A stretch of DNA of 64,000 nucleotides from Candidatus Velesiimonas alkalicola (GTDB lineage Bacteria; Omnitrophota; Gorgyraeia; Velesiimonadales; Velesiimonadaceae), in contig NDHX01000005.1 in assembly GCA_013626165.1 (NCBI GenBank), positions 26,875 to 90,874 on the forward strand. The letters run 5' to 3'. Positions 9,308-19,887 of this stretch are shown in pieces. The notes under the pieces were generated by a model. That model had not been told where the DNA came from. It made no database searches and saw only the letters and a program-made list of their open reading frames with translations. Made by a program: the position numbers and the translations under genes. Position 1 is the stretch's first letter. Each line of letters begins with the position of its first letter.

Positions 9308-10281
9308 ATAAGTGTAAAATTAAGCCTCTGGAACAATATTAGAAAATGACACAACCCTTACTTAAAAACATTACAGCAACAAGGAAGTAAAAAAGATGTT
9401 ATCAGAAGCAGAAGCCACAGACTTATCCTTGCGCTCGACGGGGACAAGTATGCGCAGCGTATAATCTATTAAAACTATGAAGGGAAAAAGTGGTCGGAAG
9501 TGCAATTTTAAACTAAAAAGTAGAAACAGGTACCCACTTGGGGGTGTGGTGTTTGTGCTTGTCCGTCTGCGGCGTTGAAAATCTCGCCCTCGCCTCCTTC
9601 TTGCCTATGGTGCTTAAAACCTTGCCCATTTTTTGGGTGGGGAGCTTTGCCGATATTTGAAATTTTTTACAACAGCAAGTATTAATTTACTTATAATGCC
9701 AAGGTTTCATTTTTCAGTTGCTGGTGAGTTTGACAGACTTACCCCTGTTAAAGAACTTAAGATAATAAACAGATGTAGAACTTAAAAATGTGTATAAAAA
9801 ATACAGCAGTCTTGAAAACTGGAAATTGTTAGGATTAAAAACAAAGCATAAAAAATATTTTAGACAAGACAGATTATTATTAAATCTTTTTAGAAAATTT
9901 ATAAAAAATCTTTATCTGGCACATTTTATTGTGTAGAAATTTTAATAAATCCCGATGTAACAATTAAGGATTAAGCAGGATAATCTAATTCTCTTTGTAA
10001 ATGGTAGGAATTTTTTAGGTGAAAGTGGGAAAAAAGTTTCACCAGGGAGCATCAGGGTATCCAACAAAGCTGGGCCAGCTTATAGAGGGTATATGTCAAG
10101 CAGGCTTGTTTAGATGATAAAAAACAGCATTTTTTATGAAAGTAGAATGATAGAAAACCCTGTTTCTTTTAATTTATTCTCTAAGGGTTTATAGTGCTTT
10201 GCTTGTAAAAGATTTAATTTTTTTCAATAAAGACTTTATTTTTGATTTTGTTTCTTTTTATGGCAACCGTAGTTTTTGGCT

Positions 10282-10662
10282 CTAGTCCTGATAGTTCTTC
10301 CATACTCTTAAATGTTTTTCCTGCCCCCCCCTACCACCAAGCGTACAAAAGAAGGCAGTGTTTTTGAGTTTTTTCTTATTAAACATAAGAAAACTTCTTA
10401 CCGCAGGTGTCATTGTAAATGCCCATACAGGTGTTCCTACAATGACAGTATCAAACGATGAAATATCAGCCTGTTCTGATAGTTTAATCTGGGAATATTT
10501 TTTAAACATAGCATCCTTCCCACCAGACAAAAATTCCTTTATTCCTTTTCTATTTTCTTTTTCTAATATTTCTATAGATTTGCAATTTAGGCGTTCTGCA
10601 ATTAAATCTGCAACCATTTTTGTTGCGCCAGTTAACGAATAATATATAACCAATGTTTTCAT
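10282..10662 (-). CDS. Flavodoxin-family protein
   Basis: 126 aa with MKTLVIYYSLTGATK... and TPVWAF (FMN-binding flavodoxin-like motifs). Confidence 0.7.
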   Translation of the reverse strand: MKTLVIYYSLTGATKMVADLIAERLNCKSIEILEKENRKGIKEFLSGGKDAMFKKYSQIKLSEQADISSFDTVIVGTPVWAFTMTPAVRSFLMFNKKKLKNTAFFCTLGGRGGQEKHLRVWKNYQD

Positions 10663-10862
10663 TTCACCTCTTTCATCTTATCTTAGATTTTATCTTTTTT
10701 GCTAATGAATTTTTAACAGAACAAATAATTCCTCCACAGGTCTATTTTCTACCCTCTTTTTGTGTTTCTTTCTGTCAGTTATTAGCTTGTCTTTCCTGCG
10801 CATAATTATAACCGGCAATGGTTTAATGTCAACAAAAAATTCACATCTTCTTATTTTTGTTT

Positions 10863-10890
10863 TTGACATTTAGATAGTAAATGATAATAT
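10863..10890 (+). promoter_or_regulatory. Sigma70-like promoter, TTGACA-N16-TAATAT, upstream of leuA
   Basis: -35 TTGACA at 10863-10868 and -10 TAATAT at 10885-10890. The leuA ATG sits at 10898. Confidence 0.5.
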
Positions 10891-10897
10891 ATTAACT

Positions 10898-12424
10898 ATG
10901 GCTGAAAAGATTATTATATTTGATACCACACTGAGAGATGGAGAGCAGGCTCTTCCGGCAAGCCTTTCTGTTAAAGAAAAGATTGTTATTGCAAAGCAGC
11001 TTGAAAGACTTGGGGTAGATGTTATAGAGGCAGGGTTCCCTGTTTCTTCAATGGGCGATTTTGAGTCTGTATCAACGATGGCAAGACAGATTAGAAAACC
11101 CATTATATGCGGTCTTGCAAGATGTGTTAAAAAAGATATAGAGACTTGCAAAGATGCTCTTCAATATGCAAGATGTCCGCGTATCCATATATTCGTAGGA
11201 ACCTCCCGCATACACAGGGAGAAGAAATTAAGAAAAACAGACGAAGAAATTCTTCAAATGGCAAAAGATTCTGTAAGGCTGGCAAGAAGATTTTGTAGTG
11301 ATGTTGAATTCTCATCAGAAGATACAGGAAGAACAGAAAGAGATTTTCTTTACAGAATAGTAGAATGTGCAATAAAAGAGGGGGCAACAACTATAAATCT
11401 TCCAGATACTGTGGGTTATACATATCCTGAAGAGTTTGGTAGCATTGTATCAGGTGTTATAAATAATGTTCCCAATATTAATAAGGCAATTGTATCTGTT
11501 CACTGTCATAATGACCTTGGCATGGCATCTGCAAATTCTATCACCGCTGTTAAATATGGGGCGCGTCAGGTTGAATGTACAATAAATGGTCTTGGTGAAA
11601 GAGCCGGAAATGCTGCACTTGAAGAAATAGTAATGATATTAAATACAAGGAAAGATATATTCCCCGATATTTTCAGCAGTATCAAAACGGAACAAATTTA
11701 TACAACAAGTAAACTTGTAAGCCAGATATGTAATGTCCCGGTGCAGCCCAATAAGGCAGTTGTGGGGGCGAATGCTTTTGCACACTCTTCTGGCATACAT
11801 CAGGATGGGGTGCTGAAAGAGAGAAGAACCTACGAGATAATGACGCCTCAGTCAGTAGGACTTAAAGGAAGCCAGATGAGACTTACAGGAAGGTCTGGTA
11901 GCCATATGGTGAGGACTCGTCTTATGGAACTAGGATACAGTGAAAAAGATTTTGATATAAATAAACTTTATGAAAGGTTTAAGGCACTGGCTGATAAAAA
12001 AGGAACGGTATATGATGATGATCTTATTGCACTTGTGGAACTTCGTCAGATAGACATAAAAAATAAATACGACCTTTTATATCTAAATGCAGTATCAGGT
12101 AAAAACATAATTCCTACTGCAACAGTAAGACTTTCTATAATGGAAGGGAAAAAGACAAGGGTTGTTCAAGAAGCTGCAACAGGAGATGGTCCTGTGAGTG
12201 CAACAATCTATGCCATAGAAAGAATCACAGGTTTTAACATTAAGTTAGAGGATTATAAACTTTCTGCAATGCCAGGAGGAGCAGAGGCTGTAGGACAGGT
12301 TTCTGCAATAGGTGTGTATAAAGATAAAAAGTATCATGGCAGAGGTTCAAGCACAGATATTGTTGAAGCCTCCGCTTTGGCATATCTTGACATAGTCAAC
12401 AAAATTTCAAGACTTGAAAAGTAG
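10898..12424 (+). CDS. leuA: 2-isopropylmalate synthase
   Basis: 508 aa. N-terminus IIFDTTLRDGEQ, HxH metal-site motifs (HCHNDLGMA) and a C-terminal LeuA dimerisation domain. Confidence 0.9.
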   Translation: MAEKIIIFDTTLRDGEQALPASLSVKEKIVIAKQLERLGVDVIEAGFPVSSMGDFESVSTMARQIRKPIICGLARCVKKDIETCKDALQYARCPRIHIFVGTSRIHREKKLRKTDEEILQMAKDSVRLARRFCSDVEFSSEDTGRTERDFLYRIVECAIKEGATTINLPDTVGYTYPEEFGSIVSGVINNVPNINKAIVSVHCHNDLGMASANSITAVKYGARQVECTINGLGERAGNAALEEIVMILNTRKDIFPDIFSSIKTEQIYTTSKLVSQICNVPVQPNKAVVGANAFAHSSGIHQDGVLKERRTYEIMTPQSVGLKGSQMRLTGRSGSHMVRTRLMELGYSEKDFDINKLYERFKALADKKGTVYDDDLIALVELRQIDIKNKYDLLYLNAVSGKNIIPTATVRLSIMEGKKTRVVQEAATGDGPVSATIYAIERITGFNIKLEDYKLSAMPGGAEAVGQVSAIGVYKDKKYHGRGSSTDIVEASALAYLDIVNKISRLEK

Positions 12425-12551
12425 AGTTTTTAAGATTCCCTTTATAAAAAAGGCGAGAGCCTGTAAGTTTTTGTCAGCTACTTATATACTTGACAGGCTT
12501 CCACTTAATACCACAGAGAAAATTATTTTCGTTATAACAAAAAAATGTTGA

Positions 12552-13520
12552 ATGAAAAGGATACTTCTAACAGGTTGTTGTGGATTTATAGGATGGAAAA
12601 CAGCACAGATGCTTCTTGAAAAAGGGTTCTTCGTATTTGGAATAGACAATATAAACAACTACTATGATATAAGGCTAAAAAATTATAGGCTAAACGATAT
12701 TGAAAAACACAAAAACCTCCGATTTGAAAAAACAGACATAGAAGACAGTGTCTGCCTTAACAGGATACTTAAAAAATATAGATTTGATGCAGTTATAAAC
12801 CTTGCAGCAAGAGCAGGTGTCCGATACAGTTTAAAAAATCCTTATGTATATTTTACAACCAATTCAATCGGTTGCCTTAATCTTCTTGAATGTATGAGAA
12901 AATTTGGTATAAAAAAGTTTGTTCTTGCTTCTACATCCTCATTGTATGCCGGACTTCCAGTCCCTTTTAAGGAGTGTATGGAAGTGAACAAACCCATCTC
13001 TCCTTATGCCGCATCTAAGAGGTCTGCAGAAACCATATCATATACATACCATTATCTTTATAACATTGATGTAACAATATTAAGATACTTTACCGTATAT
13101 GGTCCTGCTGGTCGTCCAGATATGAGTATTTTCAGGTTTATAAAATTGATAGATGAAGATAAAAAAATTTCAGTTTATGGAGATGGAACACAGAGAAGAG
13201 ATTGGACATACATTGATGACATAGCAGAAGGTACAATAAATGGTTTAAAAAACTTAAGGTACCAGATTATAAATTTAGGCAATAACAATCCTGTATCATT
13301 AAAATATATAATAAAAAATATTGAAAAATATTTATGTAAAAAAGCAAAAATAGACTACAAAAATTTTCATAAAGCAGATATGAAAATAACCTGCGCCTGT
13401 ATAAAAAAAGCCAAGAAACTTCTTTGCTGGACGCCAAGGGTAGATATAGAAAGCGGATTAAAAAAAACGGTGGACTGGTATTTGAAAAATAAAAGTTTTG
13501 TATCAAAAATAAAATTATAG
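12552..13520 (+). CDS. NAD-dependent epimerase/dehydratase family protein (UDP-sugar 4-epimerase-like)
   Basis: 322 aa with GxxGxxG (TGCCGFIGW) and YxxxK (YAASK) short-chain dehydrogenase/epimerase motifs. Confidence 0.8.
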   Translation: MKRILLTGCCGFIGWKTAQMLLEKGFFVFGIDNINNYYDIRLKNYRLNDIEKHKNLRFEKTDIEDSVCLNRILKKYRFDAVINLAARAGVRYSLKNPYVYFTTNSIGCLNLLECMRKFGIKKFVLASTSSLYAGLPVPFKECMEVNKPISPYAASKRSAETISYTYHYLYNIDVTILRYFTVYGPAGRPDMSIFRFIKLIDEDKKISVYGDGTQRRDWTYIDDIAEGTINGLKNLRYQIINLGNNNPVSLKYIIKNIEKYLCKKAKIDYKNFHKADMKITCACIKKAKKLLCWTPRVDIESGLKKTVDWYLKNKSFVSKIKL

Positions 13521-13573
13521 AAAATAAGCACAAAAAATAAATTCATAGATAAGAAAAATCAAAAGCAAAAAAC

Positions 13574-14098
13574 TTGATTAAAAAATTTCAAGACAGGATA
13601 CAATCATAGTCAGAGACAGCAAGGTTTTTTGTGGCTGATAAATTTTCAGATACTAACAAAAACAATTAAATAGCCGAAAAGTTGAATGGGTTAAGCTAAG
13701 AAGCGACGGCGGATTCAGGAGGCTTGAAACTGTTTTGAACCACTTGAAAATTCCACACGAAAAATTGCCACAGCAGAAACCCCAGCAGTAGAACACTTCG
13801 CGTTCATTAGGGGCAGGGGCGGCAGGACAAGACAGAGCATTCCTCAAATTTGTTTTGGTAAAGCTCAAGGGGTTAAACCCACTCGGCCAATCTTGCGATT
13901 TCACAGGGGTTTCACCCCTTTGAATTACCCCTTAAACAATGGGGAAAGCCTTCTTTCTTCTCAATCCTTTTCTGGTCAGGGGTGGTAACCTTTCTCAAGT
14001 CAGGGGGATACTCAATGCAATCTATTTTCTGCGTTTCACTCAATATCTTTTATCTTTTTTCCTACCTACTACCTACTATCTCCTATCTCCTATCTTTT
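13574..14098. ncRNA. Structured noncoding region adjacent to tRNA-Ala: a possible small RNA of unknown class. Strand is not resolved.
   Basis: ~520 bp with no credible ORF. A promoter-like TTGATT...TACAAT sits at 13574-13604. Multiple GC-rich hairpins are present (GGGGTGAAACCCCT, GGGGCAGGGGCGGCAGG). The segment is GC-richer than its AT-rich surroundings. Confidence 0.25.
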
Positions 14099-14174
14099 TG
14101 GTGGAGCTGAGGGGATTCGAACCCCTGGCCTTCTCGTTGCGAACAAGACGCGCTCCCAACTGCGCCACAGCCCC
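14099..14174 (-). tRNA. tRNA-Ala (anticodon CGC)
   Basis: The reverse complement reads GGGGCTG TG GCGC AGTTGGGA GCGC G TCTTG TTCGCAA CGAGA AGGCC AGGGG TTCGAAT CCCCT CAGCTCC A CCA. It carries the G3:U70 Ala identity pair, discriminator A73 and anticodon CGC. Confidence 0.85.
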
Positions 14175-14459
14175 ACTCTGGAGTTAGGACCATCCTTATC
14201 ATTATAAGAACCATATACAGAGGTGAGCCATAAAAACATGCGCCACCTCCGAGAATGTGCAGAATTTCATATTCCTGCATAACAATGCAGGCACTGTTCA
14301 GAACTTATATCTTCAATCTCACCCTGTTTTTTTGCATAGAATCTGCATAATAACTATGTAAACAACATGTGTTTTTACTTTTAATCTCGGGTTTTTGTCT
14401 TTTCTCCTGCTGGGCGAGCAGCCATCAGCGGGGCTTCTTATGCATAATCTCAGAAATAC

Positions 14460-14921
14460 TCACCTCCTGTTCTTATCAGCGGCTAATCTGAAAACAAGAT
14501 TGGTCCCTCCTATTTTTATCGTATCTCCAGATCTTAGTATTAGTTTTTCTATCTTCATATCATTAACAAATGTTCCGTGCTTACTTTCTAAATCCTCAAG
14601 AATATAGCCATCAACAGTAGGAATAATAACACAGTGTTTACGGGAAATAGTAAGTTCCGGTAAAACCAGATGATTTGCTTTCTCAGCCCTTCCTATAAAA
14701 AATGGTTCATTTCCCTGCACTTCACATTTTATTTCTTTTCCGTCGTCTGTTATTCCCCATATTTCTGCTTTTGAAAGGCTAACAAAAGAGTTTTGTATCT
14801 TTAGCCTTATCTGTGATAACTTCTCCTGCTTTTTTCTTTCCTCTGTTAAATCTTGAATCTGTGGTTTTTCCATTTTTTTTAAGGTTTTTAATGTAGCACG
14901 AAATTCAGAGTCTAAAAGCAT
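14460..14921 (-). CDS. FHA domain-containing protein
   Basis: 153 aa with the FHA signature GRAEKANHLVLPELTISRKHCVI...HGTFVN...GDTIKIGGTNLVF. Confidence 0.75.
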   Translation of the reverse strand: MLLDSEFRATLKTLKKMEKPQIQDLTEERKKQEKLSQIRLKIQNSFVSLSKAEIWGITDDGKEIKCEVQGNEPFFIGRAEKANHLVLPELTISRKHCVIIPTVDGYILEDLESKHGTFVNDMKIEKLILRSGDTIKIGGTNLVFRLAADKNRR

Positions 14922-15081
14922 TTTGAAAAAGAATCTTCCCCCCTATACAAATTCCTGCAATTAAAACACCCACCACAAAAAACGCAAGAAACACAACAAA
15001 AAAGGGTTGCGTCATTATAAAATACATCAACTCATTGAACAACCGCTCAATATCTATCTTTACTACTATAAAAAATACCAT

Positions 15082-15834
15082 CTATCTTCCATTGTAGATG
15101 AGAATCTCTTGTTCTGCTATTTTTATACGCTCATCTATATCAGGGTGTGTTCTTGCCCATACCGGAACCAAAACTTTTTTATTTTCAATTACCTTCAATC
15201 TTTTCAAAAAATCAACCATTGCAGAAGGATTATAGCCAGCCTTTCTGCTGTATTTAATCCCCAGTCTGTCTGCAAGCAATTCGTCTTCTCTACCGTAACC
15301 AAGAACTATCAGGCTAAAAACTGTATTTGTTATTTCTTGTATTGAAGAAAAATCTGATGAATCTCTGAATACAATTGCAGAAATAAGTGAATAGCCGTAT
15401 ACTGCTTCAAGTCTTTTTATGGGATGTCTTGCTGCAATATGTCCAATCTCATGCCCTATAACGCAGGCAAGCTCATCGTCTGTTTTTATAAAATTAAGAA
15501 GCCCTGTGTGAACATATACATAACCACCCGGCAATGCAAACGCATTTATATTTTTATCTTTTACAACAAAAAAATTATAGTTTATATCTTTTCTGTCAGA
15601 CACAGATGCTATTCTTTTTCCAATCTCTTGCACTCTTTTTTCATCATTGTTGTGTATTAAAACATATTTTCCTTGTATCTGGTATGATAATTTTTGACCT
15701 AATGCAACCTCTTGTTGTGTATCAATAAATACAAACTCTTGTCTTTCAGTGGCAGGATTATATATGGTTGCACAACCAGGCAAAAATAGCAATAAAACGG
15801 ATAAGAAGATGATAAGTGGACATCCTTTTGTCAT
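15082..15834 (-). CDS. M48 family metallopeptidase, lipoprotein (BepA/YcaL-like)
   Basis: 250 aa. Lipobox LPGC after a signal peptide, and HEXXH zinc motif GHEIGH. Confidence 0.8.
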   Translation of the reverse strand: MTKGCPLIIFLSVLLLFLPGCATIYNPATERQEFVFIDTQQEVALGQKLSYQIQGKYVLIHNNDEKRVQEIGKRIASVSDRKDINYNFFVVKDKNINAFALPGGYVYVHTGLLNFIKTDDELACVIGHEIGHIAARHPIKRLEAVYGYSLISAIVFRDSSDFSSIQEITNTVFSLIVLGYGREDELLADRLGIKYSRKAGYNPSAMVDFLKRLKVIENKKVLVPVWARTHPDIDERIKIAEQEILIYNGR

Positions 15835-16037
15835 AATTTGTTAGAGTTATTTTAAGCGATAACACATGGGATTTCAAGAGGATTGCCATTGCGAATTTGT
15901 AAGACTATAATATATACAGTATCTTTCAGTGATAAGGTGTATTATTTAGGTACGGCTCGGGATGTTCGCCAGGCGCGCTCACCCGCAGGCTCTTAAGTGC
16001 TCGAGACATACCCCCAAAAAGAAGAAGATAAAATAAA

Positions 16038-16826
16038 GTGGAAAAAATAATCGCCGCTTTTATAAATCTGTTTTATCCCCTTCATTGTTTGGTTTGCAGG
16101 CAAAGGATTGATGTTTTTTCAAGTGACCAGATGTGCAAGCAATGCCTTGATAAATTTTATTATCTAAAGGCTCCGTTTTGTACAAAATGCGGAAGACCTC
16201 TTCCTGCTGAAAGACAGGAACTGGCAAAAATATGCAGGGTATGTCAAAAATTTCCGCCGCAATTTGACAGGGGTTTTTCAGTGTGTTTATATGAAGGGGT
16301 ACTAAAAGAGTGCTTACATAAATTTAAGTATCAGGGGAAAACCGCTCTTAAGAAAACCTTTGGCAGGATGGTTTCAAGTTTTATAAATGAAAACATACTG
16401 AAAACTCTGCCGGATATTTCCGAAGAAGGTAAGAAAAATTTATTTGATTGTATTATCCCGGTTCCGCTTCATATTACAAGGATGCGTGAGAGAGGATTTA
16501 ACCAATCAGAGCTTCTTGCAATAGAGGTATGTAAAAGTCTTGATATATCATTAAAAACAAACATATTAAAAAGAAAACGGTTTACAAAGTCTCAAATCCT
16601 TTTAACTAAAAAACAAAGAAGAAAGAATGTCCGGGATGCATTTATAGCAAGAACAGATAAAACTATAAAAAGTGTGATACTCTTGGATGATATAATGACA
16701 ACAGGTTCAACATTGGACGAATGTTCAAGAACACTAAGACAGGCAGGAATAGAATTTATCTGTGCCGTTGTTGTGGCAAGGACACTGCATATTGCCACAG
16801 CAAAGCCAGACAGGAAATTCCGGTGA
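16038..16826 (+). CDS. comFC: ComF family protein (double zinc-ribbon + phosphoribosyltransferase domain)
   Basis: 262 aa. N-terminal CxxC...CxxC pairs and a C-terminal PRTase motif VILLDDIMTTGSTL. Confidence 0.8.
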   Translation: MEKIIAAFINLFYPLHCLVCRQRIDVFSSDQMCKQCLDKFYYLKAPFCTKCGRPLPAERQELAKICRVCQKFPPQFDRGFSVCLYEGVLKECLHKFKYQGKTALKKTFGRMVSSFINENILKTLPDISEEGKKNLFDCIIPVPLHITRMRERGFNQSELLAIEVCKSLDISLKTNILKRKRFTKSQILLTKKQRRKNVRDAFIARTDKTIKSVILLDDIMTTGSTLDECSRTLRQAGIEFICAVVVARTLHIATAKPDRKFR

Positions 16827-16928
16827 GGAGTTTTGCCCTTGAGCCGTGAAACCTTACCTGCCTTCGTGAAGATTAAAGAGCAACTGGTGCTCTGGGACAC
16901 CCTGACCATTGATACTTGAAAAAATAAT

Positions 16929-18020
16929 ATGAGAATTATAAGAAATTATATAATTTTTGAAATACTTGCAGCATTTTTTGTGTGTATATTTATATTTGTA
17001 TTTGTACTTATTGCCGGAAGATTTGTGGGTATGGCAGACCTTATAATAAACAAAGGGGTTTCTATATTTGACATATCAAGGGTTCTTCTGCTTCTTATTC
17101 CGTACATGCTTGCAATATCAATACCTATGGCGTTTCTTACAGGTTGTATTTTTATATTCGGAAGGATGTCTTCTGACAATGAGATAAGTGCATTGCTTTC
17201 TTCAGGTATATCATTTTCAAAAATTATTATCCCGGTGATATATCTATCTGTTTTAATAAGTTTTGTCTGCCTTTATATCCATGACAGGGTAGTACCGTCT
17301 ACACGCTTTAAGTCAAGACAGATTATAAAATCAATAGGCTTAAAAGAGCCGACTGCATTTTTAGAGCCCGGTATATTTATAAAACAGTTTGAACCATATG
17401 TAATATATATAGGTGAAATAAAAAAGGGCATAATGCACCGTGTTTGCATATACCAACCTGAACGGGGCAAGCCCACAAGAACAATATTTGCACGCAGAGC
17501 AGAAACCCTCCCCAGCGACGATGACCAGTCTGTAAGATTAAAACTATATAACGGTGCCACGGATGAGCCAGATCCCAATGACCCAAATTCATTCTTTAAG
17601 ATAATGTTTGATGAATATATAATAACACTTCATATTCCCGAAGATTCATATTCAGGGACGATTGAAAAAAAACCTCGTGAAATGACAATACAAGAGATAA
17701 AAAATCAGATAAAGGAATTAGAAGCAAAATCTATAAATACAGCTCCTCTTTCAACAGAAATACAATGGAAGATGAGTCTTTCGTTTGCCTGTATCCCTTT
17801 TGCGATAATAGCTCTGCCTATTGCAGTAAGGATAAGAAGAGCAGAAAAATCTGTTGCGTTCGGAATCTCTCTTCTGATAATTTTAATATATTACTTGATA
17901 TTTCTTTTAAGCCAGATGCTTGCGATAGAGGGGAAGATTGAACCGTATTTTCTATGGTTTGCAAATATTATGTTTACAGCAGCAGGGATCCTGTTTATAA
18001 ACTATGAAAATTATAGATAA
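16929..18020 (+). CDS. lptF: LPS export ABC transporter permease LptF (YjgP/YjgQ family)
   Basis: 363 aa polytopic membrane protein with the YjgP/YjgQ architecture, paired with an overlapping paralog downstream. Confidence 0.8.
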   Translation: MRIIRNYIIFEILAAFFVCIFIFVFVLIAGRFVGMADLIINKGVSIFDISRVLLLLIPYMLAISIPMAFLTGCIFIFGRMSSDNEISALLSSGISFSKIIIPVIYLSVLISFVCLYIHDRVVPSTRFKSRQIIKSIGLKEPTAFLEPGIFIKQFEPYVIYIGEIKKGIMHRVCIYQPERGKPTRTIFARRAETLPSDDDQSVRLKLYNGATDEPDPNDPNSFFKIMFDEYIITLHIPEDSYSGTIEKKPREMTIQEIKNQIKELEAKSINTAPLSTEIQWKMSLSFACIPFAIIALPIAVRIRRAEKSVAFGISLLIILIYYLIFLLSQMLAIEGKIEPYFLWFANIMFTAAGILFINYENYR

Positions 18021-19077
18021 ATATACAATTAGAAATATTTTGCCTTTAATATTTATTTCGTTTTTGCTTTTTCTGGTGCTTTTTATACTTATTGATATTT
18101 TCGGTCGTCTGGATGAGATAATAAGAGCAAAGGTGCCTGTGGAGATAGTTTTTAAATACTATATAAACCAGATACCATATGTGTTTGTCCGAATAATTCC
18201 TTTTTGCATCCTGATATCAACACTGTATGGTTTTAGTATTATGAACAAAGAAGGTGAAATAGGAGCTATGCTCGCCTGTGGAATAAGCAGGTTCAGGATT
18301 GCACTGCCTGTGGTTATAATTTCTATGGTTTTAAGTTTTGTTTCATTTTTTATAAGTGAATTTATTGCCCCTCAAACATATTCCAGGGCACTGGCAATTA
18401 AAAGAATTTATTTTGAAGAAAAACAACAGAAAAAGCCAACAACAATAAACAATTTAACAAAACATATCAGCAGGAAAAAAATGTTGTTTGCAGAAAGTTA
18501 TGATATTTATTCAGAGACACTTTATAATGTGATAATAACAGAATATACAGATGAAGACATACTTTCAAAAAAAACAGTTGTTCAATCTGCAAAATGGGAA
18601 AATAATATCTGGAAGGCAAAAGGTGTATCTATATTTCAATATCTGCCAACATATGAAGAACCCGTAGTGGCAGGTGAAATGGATCTGTCTCTTGAAATAA
18701 GCCCGGGCAAATTACTTGAACCTGAGTTCAACCCTGAGGTAGCCTCCATACCACAATTCAGGGAATATTTATACAGCATAAGCCGAAATCCACATAGGAC
18801 CCCAAGAAGGTTGGTTGTTGATTTTTATACAAAATATTCAATTCCGTTTGCAAACTTTATCCTAGTAGTCATGGCATGTTCGGTTGCTGTTGTAAGCAGA
18901 AAAATCGGTGCACTTCAGGGTATAGGCATAGGAATTGTTATTGGAATTCTTTTCTATATAATGTTTGCACTTAGCATTGCAATGGGAAAGGGTGGGTATA
19001 TAAATCCGATACTTTCAGCCTTTCTTGTCAATTTTCTGTTTCTTGTTATCGGTGCAGTTTTTTTTGTGCAAAAATAA
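18004..19077 (+). CDS. lptG: LPS export ABC transporter permease LptG (YjgP/YjgQ family)
   Basis: 357 aa paralog of the upstream gene, overlapping by 17 nt. This is the typical lptF-lptG arrangement. Confidence 0.8.
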   Translation: MKIIDKYTIRNILPLIFISFLLFLVLFILIDIFGRLDEIIRAKVPVEIVFKYYINQIPYVFVRIIPFCILISTLYGFSIMNKEGEIGAMLACGISRFRIALPVVIISMVLSFVSFFISEFIAPQTYSRALAIKRIYFEEKQQKKPTTINNLTKHISRKKMLFAESYDIYSETLYNVIITEYTDEDILSKKTVVQSAKWENNIWKAKGVSIFQYLPTYEEPVVAGEMDLSLEISPGKLLEPEFNPEVASIPQFREYLYSISRNPHRTPRRLVVDFYTKYSIPFANFILVVMACSVAVVSRKIGALQGIGIGIVIGILFYIMFALSIAMGKGGYINPILSAFLVNFLFLVIGAVFFVQK

Positions 19078-19167
19078 ATACAAGATTGTTAAATCTTCAA
19101 GAAAGGCCGGAAAATATACAGCAGGAAAAGATGTCAAAAAGGCATTCCTACAATTGGAAAAAATTAT

Positions 19168-19887
19168 ATGCAGATAATAAATATTTTTAAGAACAATGAC
19201 GAGAATATAATATTTAAGTGGACACTGCTTATTTCGGTAATTTTTCATATAGTGTTTATTTTAATGTCCGGTGTTTTTTTAAAAAGTAATAACAGGGATA
19301 CAGGAAAGCCAATGGAGGTGTCTTATGTAAAAATAAAAAGCCAGAGGGTGAACAGGATTTCTAAAAGTGAAGATATCTTTAAAAAAAATATCAATGAATT
19401 ACCGGCACACAAAGACATATTGCTTCTGTCGCCTAAAAATTATGTTTCTACTGAAAATTTCGTAAAAAAAGAAACAATTGAGAAGGTATCTTTAAAGTCT
19501 TCCACCGGTGCTGAGGTTCTTAAGTACGATTTTTCTTCTCTTATAACGTCTGCTGATGTTGCAGTCCCTATTGATATAGGTGTACCAATGGATAAAAAGG
19601 CGCTTGCAGGTTATTTTCAAATGTTGAGAAGAAAAATAAAAGAAGAATTAGATTCTTATCCCAAGCAGGATATAAAAAGCGAAGGAATAGTAAGGGTATC
19701 TTTTACTCTTTTAAAAGATGGCAGACTTATTGATGCAAATGTTTATTCATCCTCAGGGGTTCTTTTGCTTGATAATATTTCCGTAAGCGCCGTTAAACGT
19801 GCATCCCCGTTTTCACAGTTTCCAAAAGAACTTAACAAACCCTCTGCAACATTCTATGTGTCCATAAGTTTTGAAAAAAGGCAATGA
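19168..19887 (+). CDS. TonB-family protein (N-terminal membrane anchor + C-terminal TonB-like domain)
   Basis: 239 aa with a single N-terminal TM helix. The C-terminal VRVSFTLLKDGRLIDANVYSSSG resembles the TonB C-terminal fold. Confidence 0.6.
   Translation: MQIINIFKNNDENIIFKWTLLISVIFHIVFILMSGVFLKSNNRDTGKPMEVSYVKIKSQRVNRISKSEDIFKKNINELPAHKDILLLSPKNYVSTENFVKKETIEKVSLKSSTGAEVLKYDFSSLITSADVAVPIDIGVPMDKKALAGYFQMLRRKIKEELDSYPKQDIKSEGIVRVSFTLLKDGRLIDANVYSSSGVLLLDNISVSAVKRASPFSQFPKELNKPSATFYVSISFEKRQ

Noticed and set aside
10870-11151. Minus-strand 93-aa ORF inside leuA, and similar antisense ORFs inside recG, tkt, priA, the ATPase and others.
   Set aside because: They are antisense to long, well-supported genes, with no independent evidence.
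13653-13990. Tested the minus strand as tmRNA (GGGGTGAAACCCC... with a UUAGCUUAA-like tag end) and as RNase P RNA.
   Set aside because: No tRNA-like T-arm/CCA 3' end, no ALAA-type tag reading frame, and no P4 (AGGAAAGTCCGGGC / ACAGAACCCGGCTTA) motifs on either strand. The region is kept only as an unclassified structured region.
14040-14098. Shared TACTACCTACTAT motif next to tRNA-Ala (3' side) and tRNA-Ser (5' side) as a tRNA promoter element.
   Set aside because: It lies downstream of one tRNA and upstream of the other, so there is no consistent position. It is likely coincidental low-complexity CT-rich sequence.
13939-14187. 82-aa ORF antisense to tRNA-Ala, and the 65-aa ORF 14083-14280.
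   Set aside because: Both overlap the tRNA-Ala gene and the low-complexity CCTACTA repeats. They look spurious.
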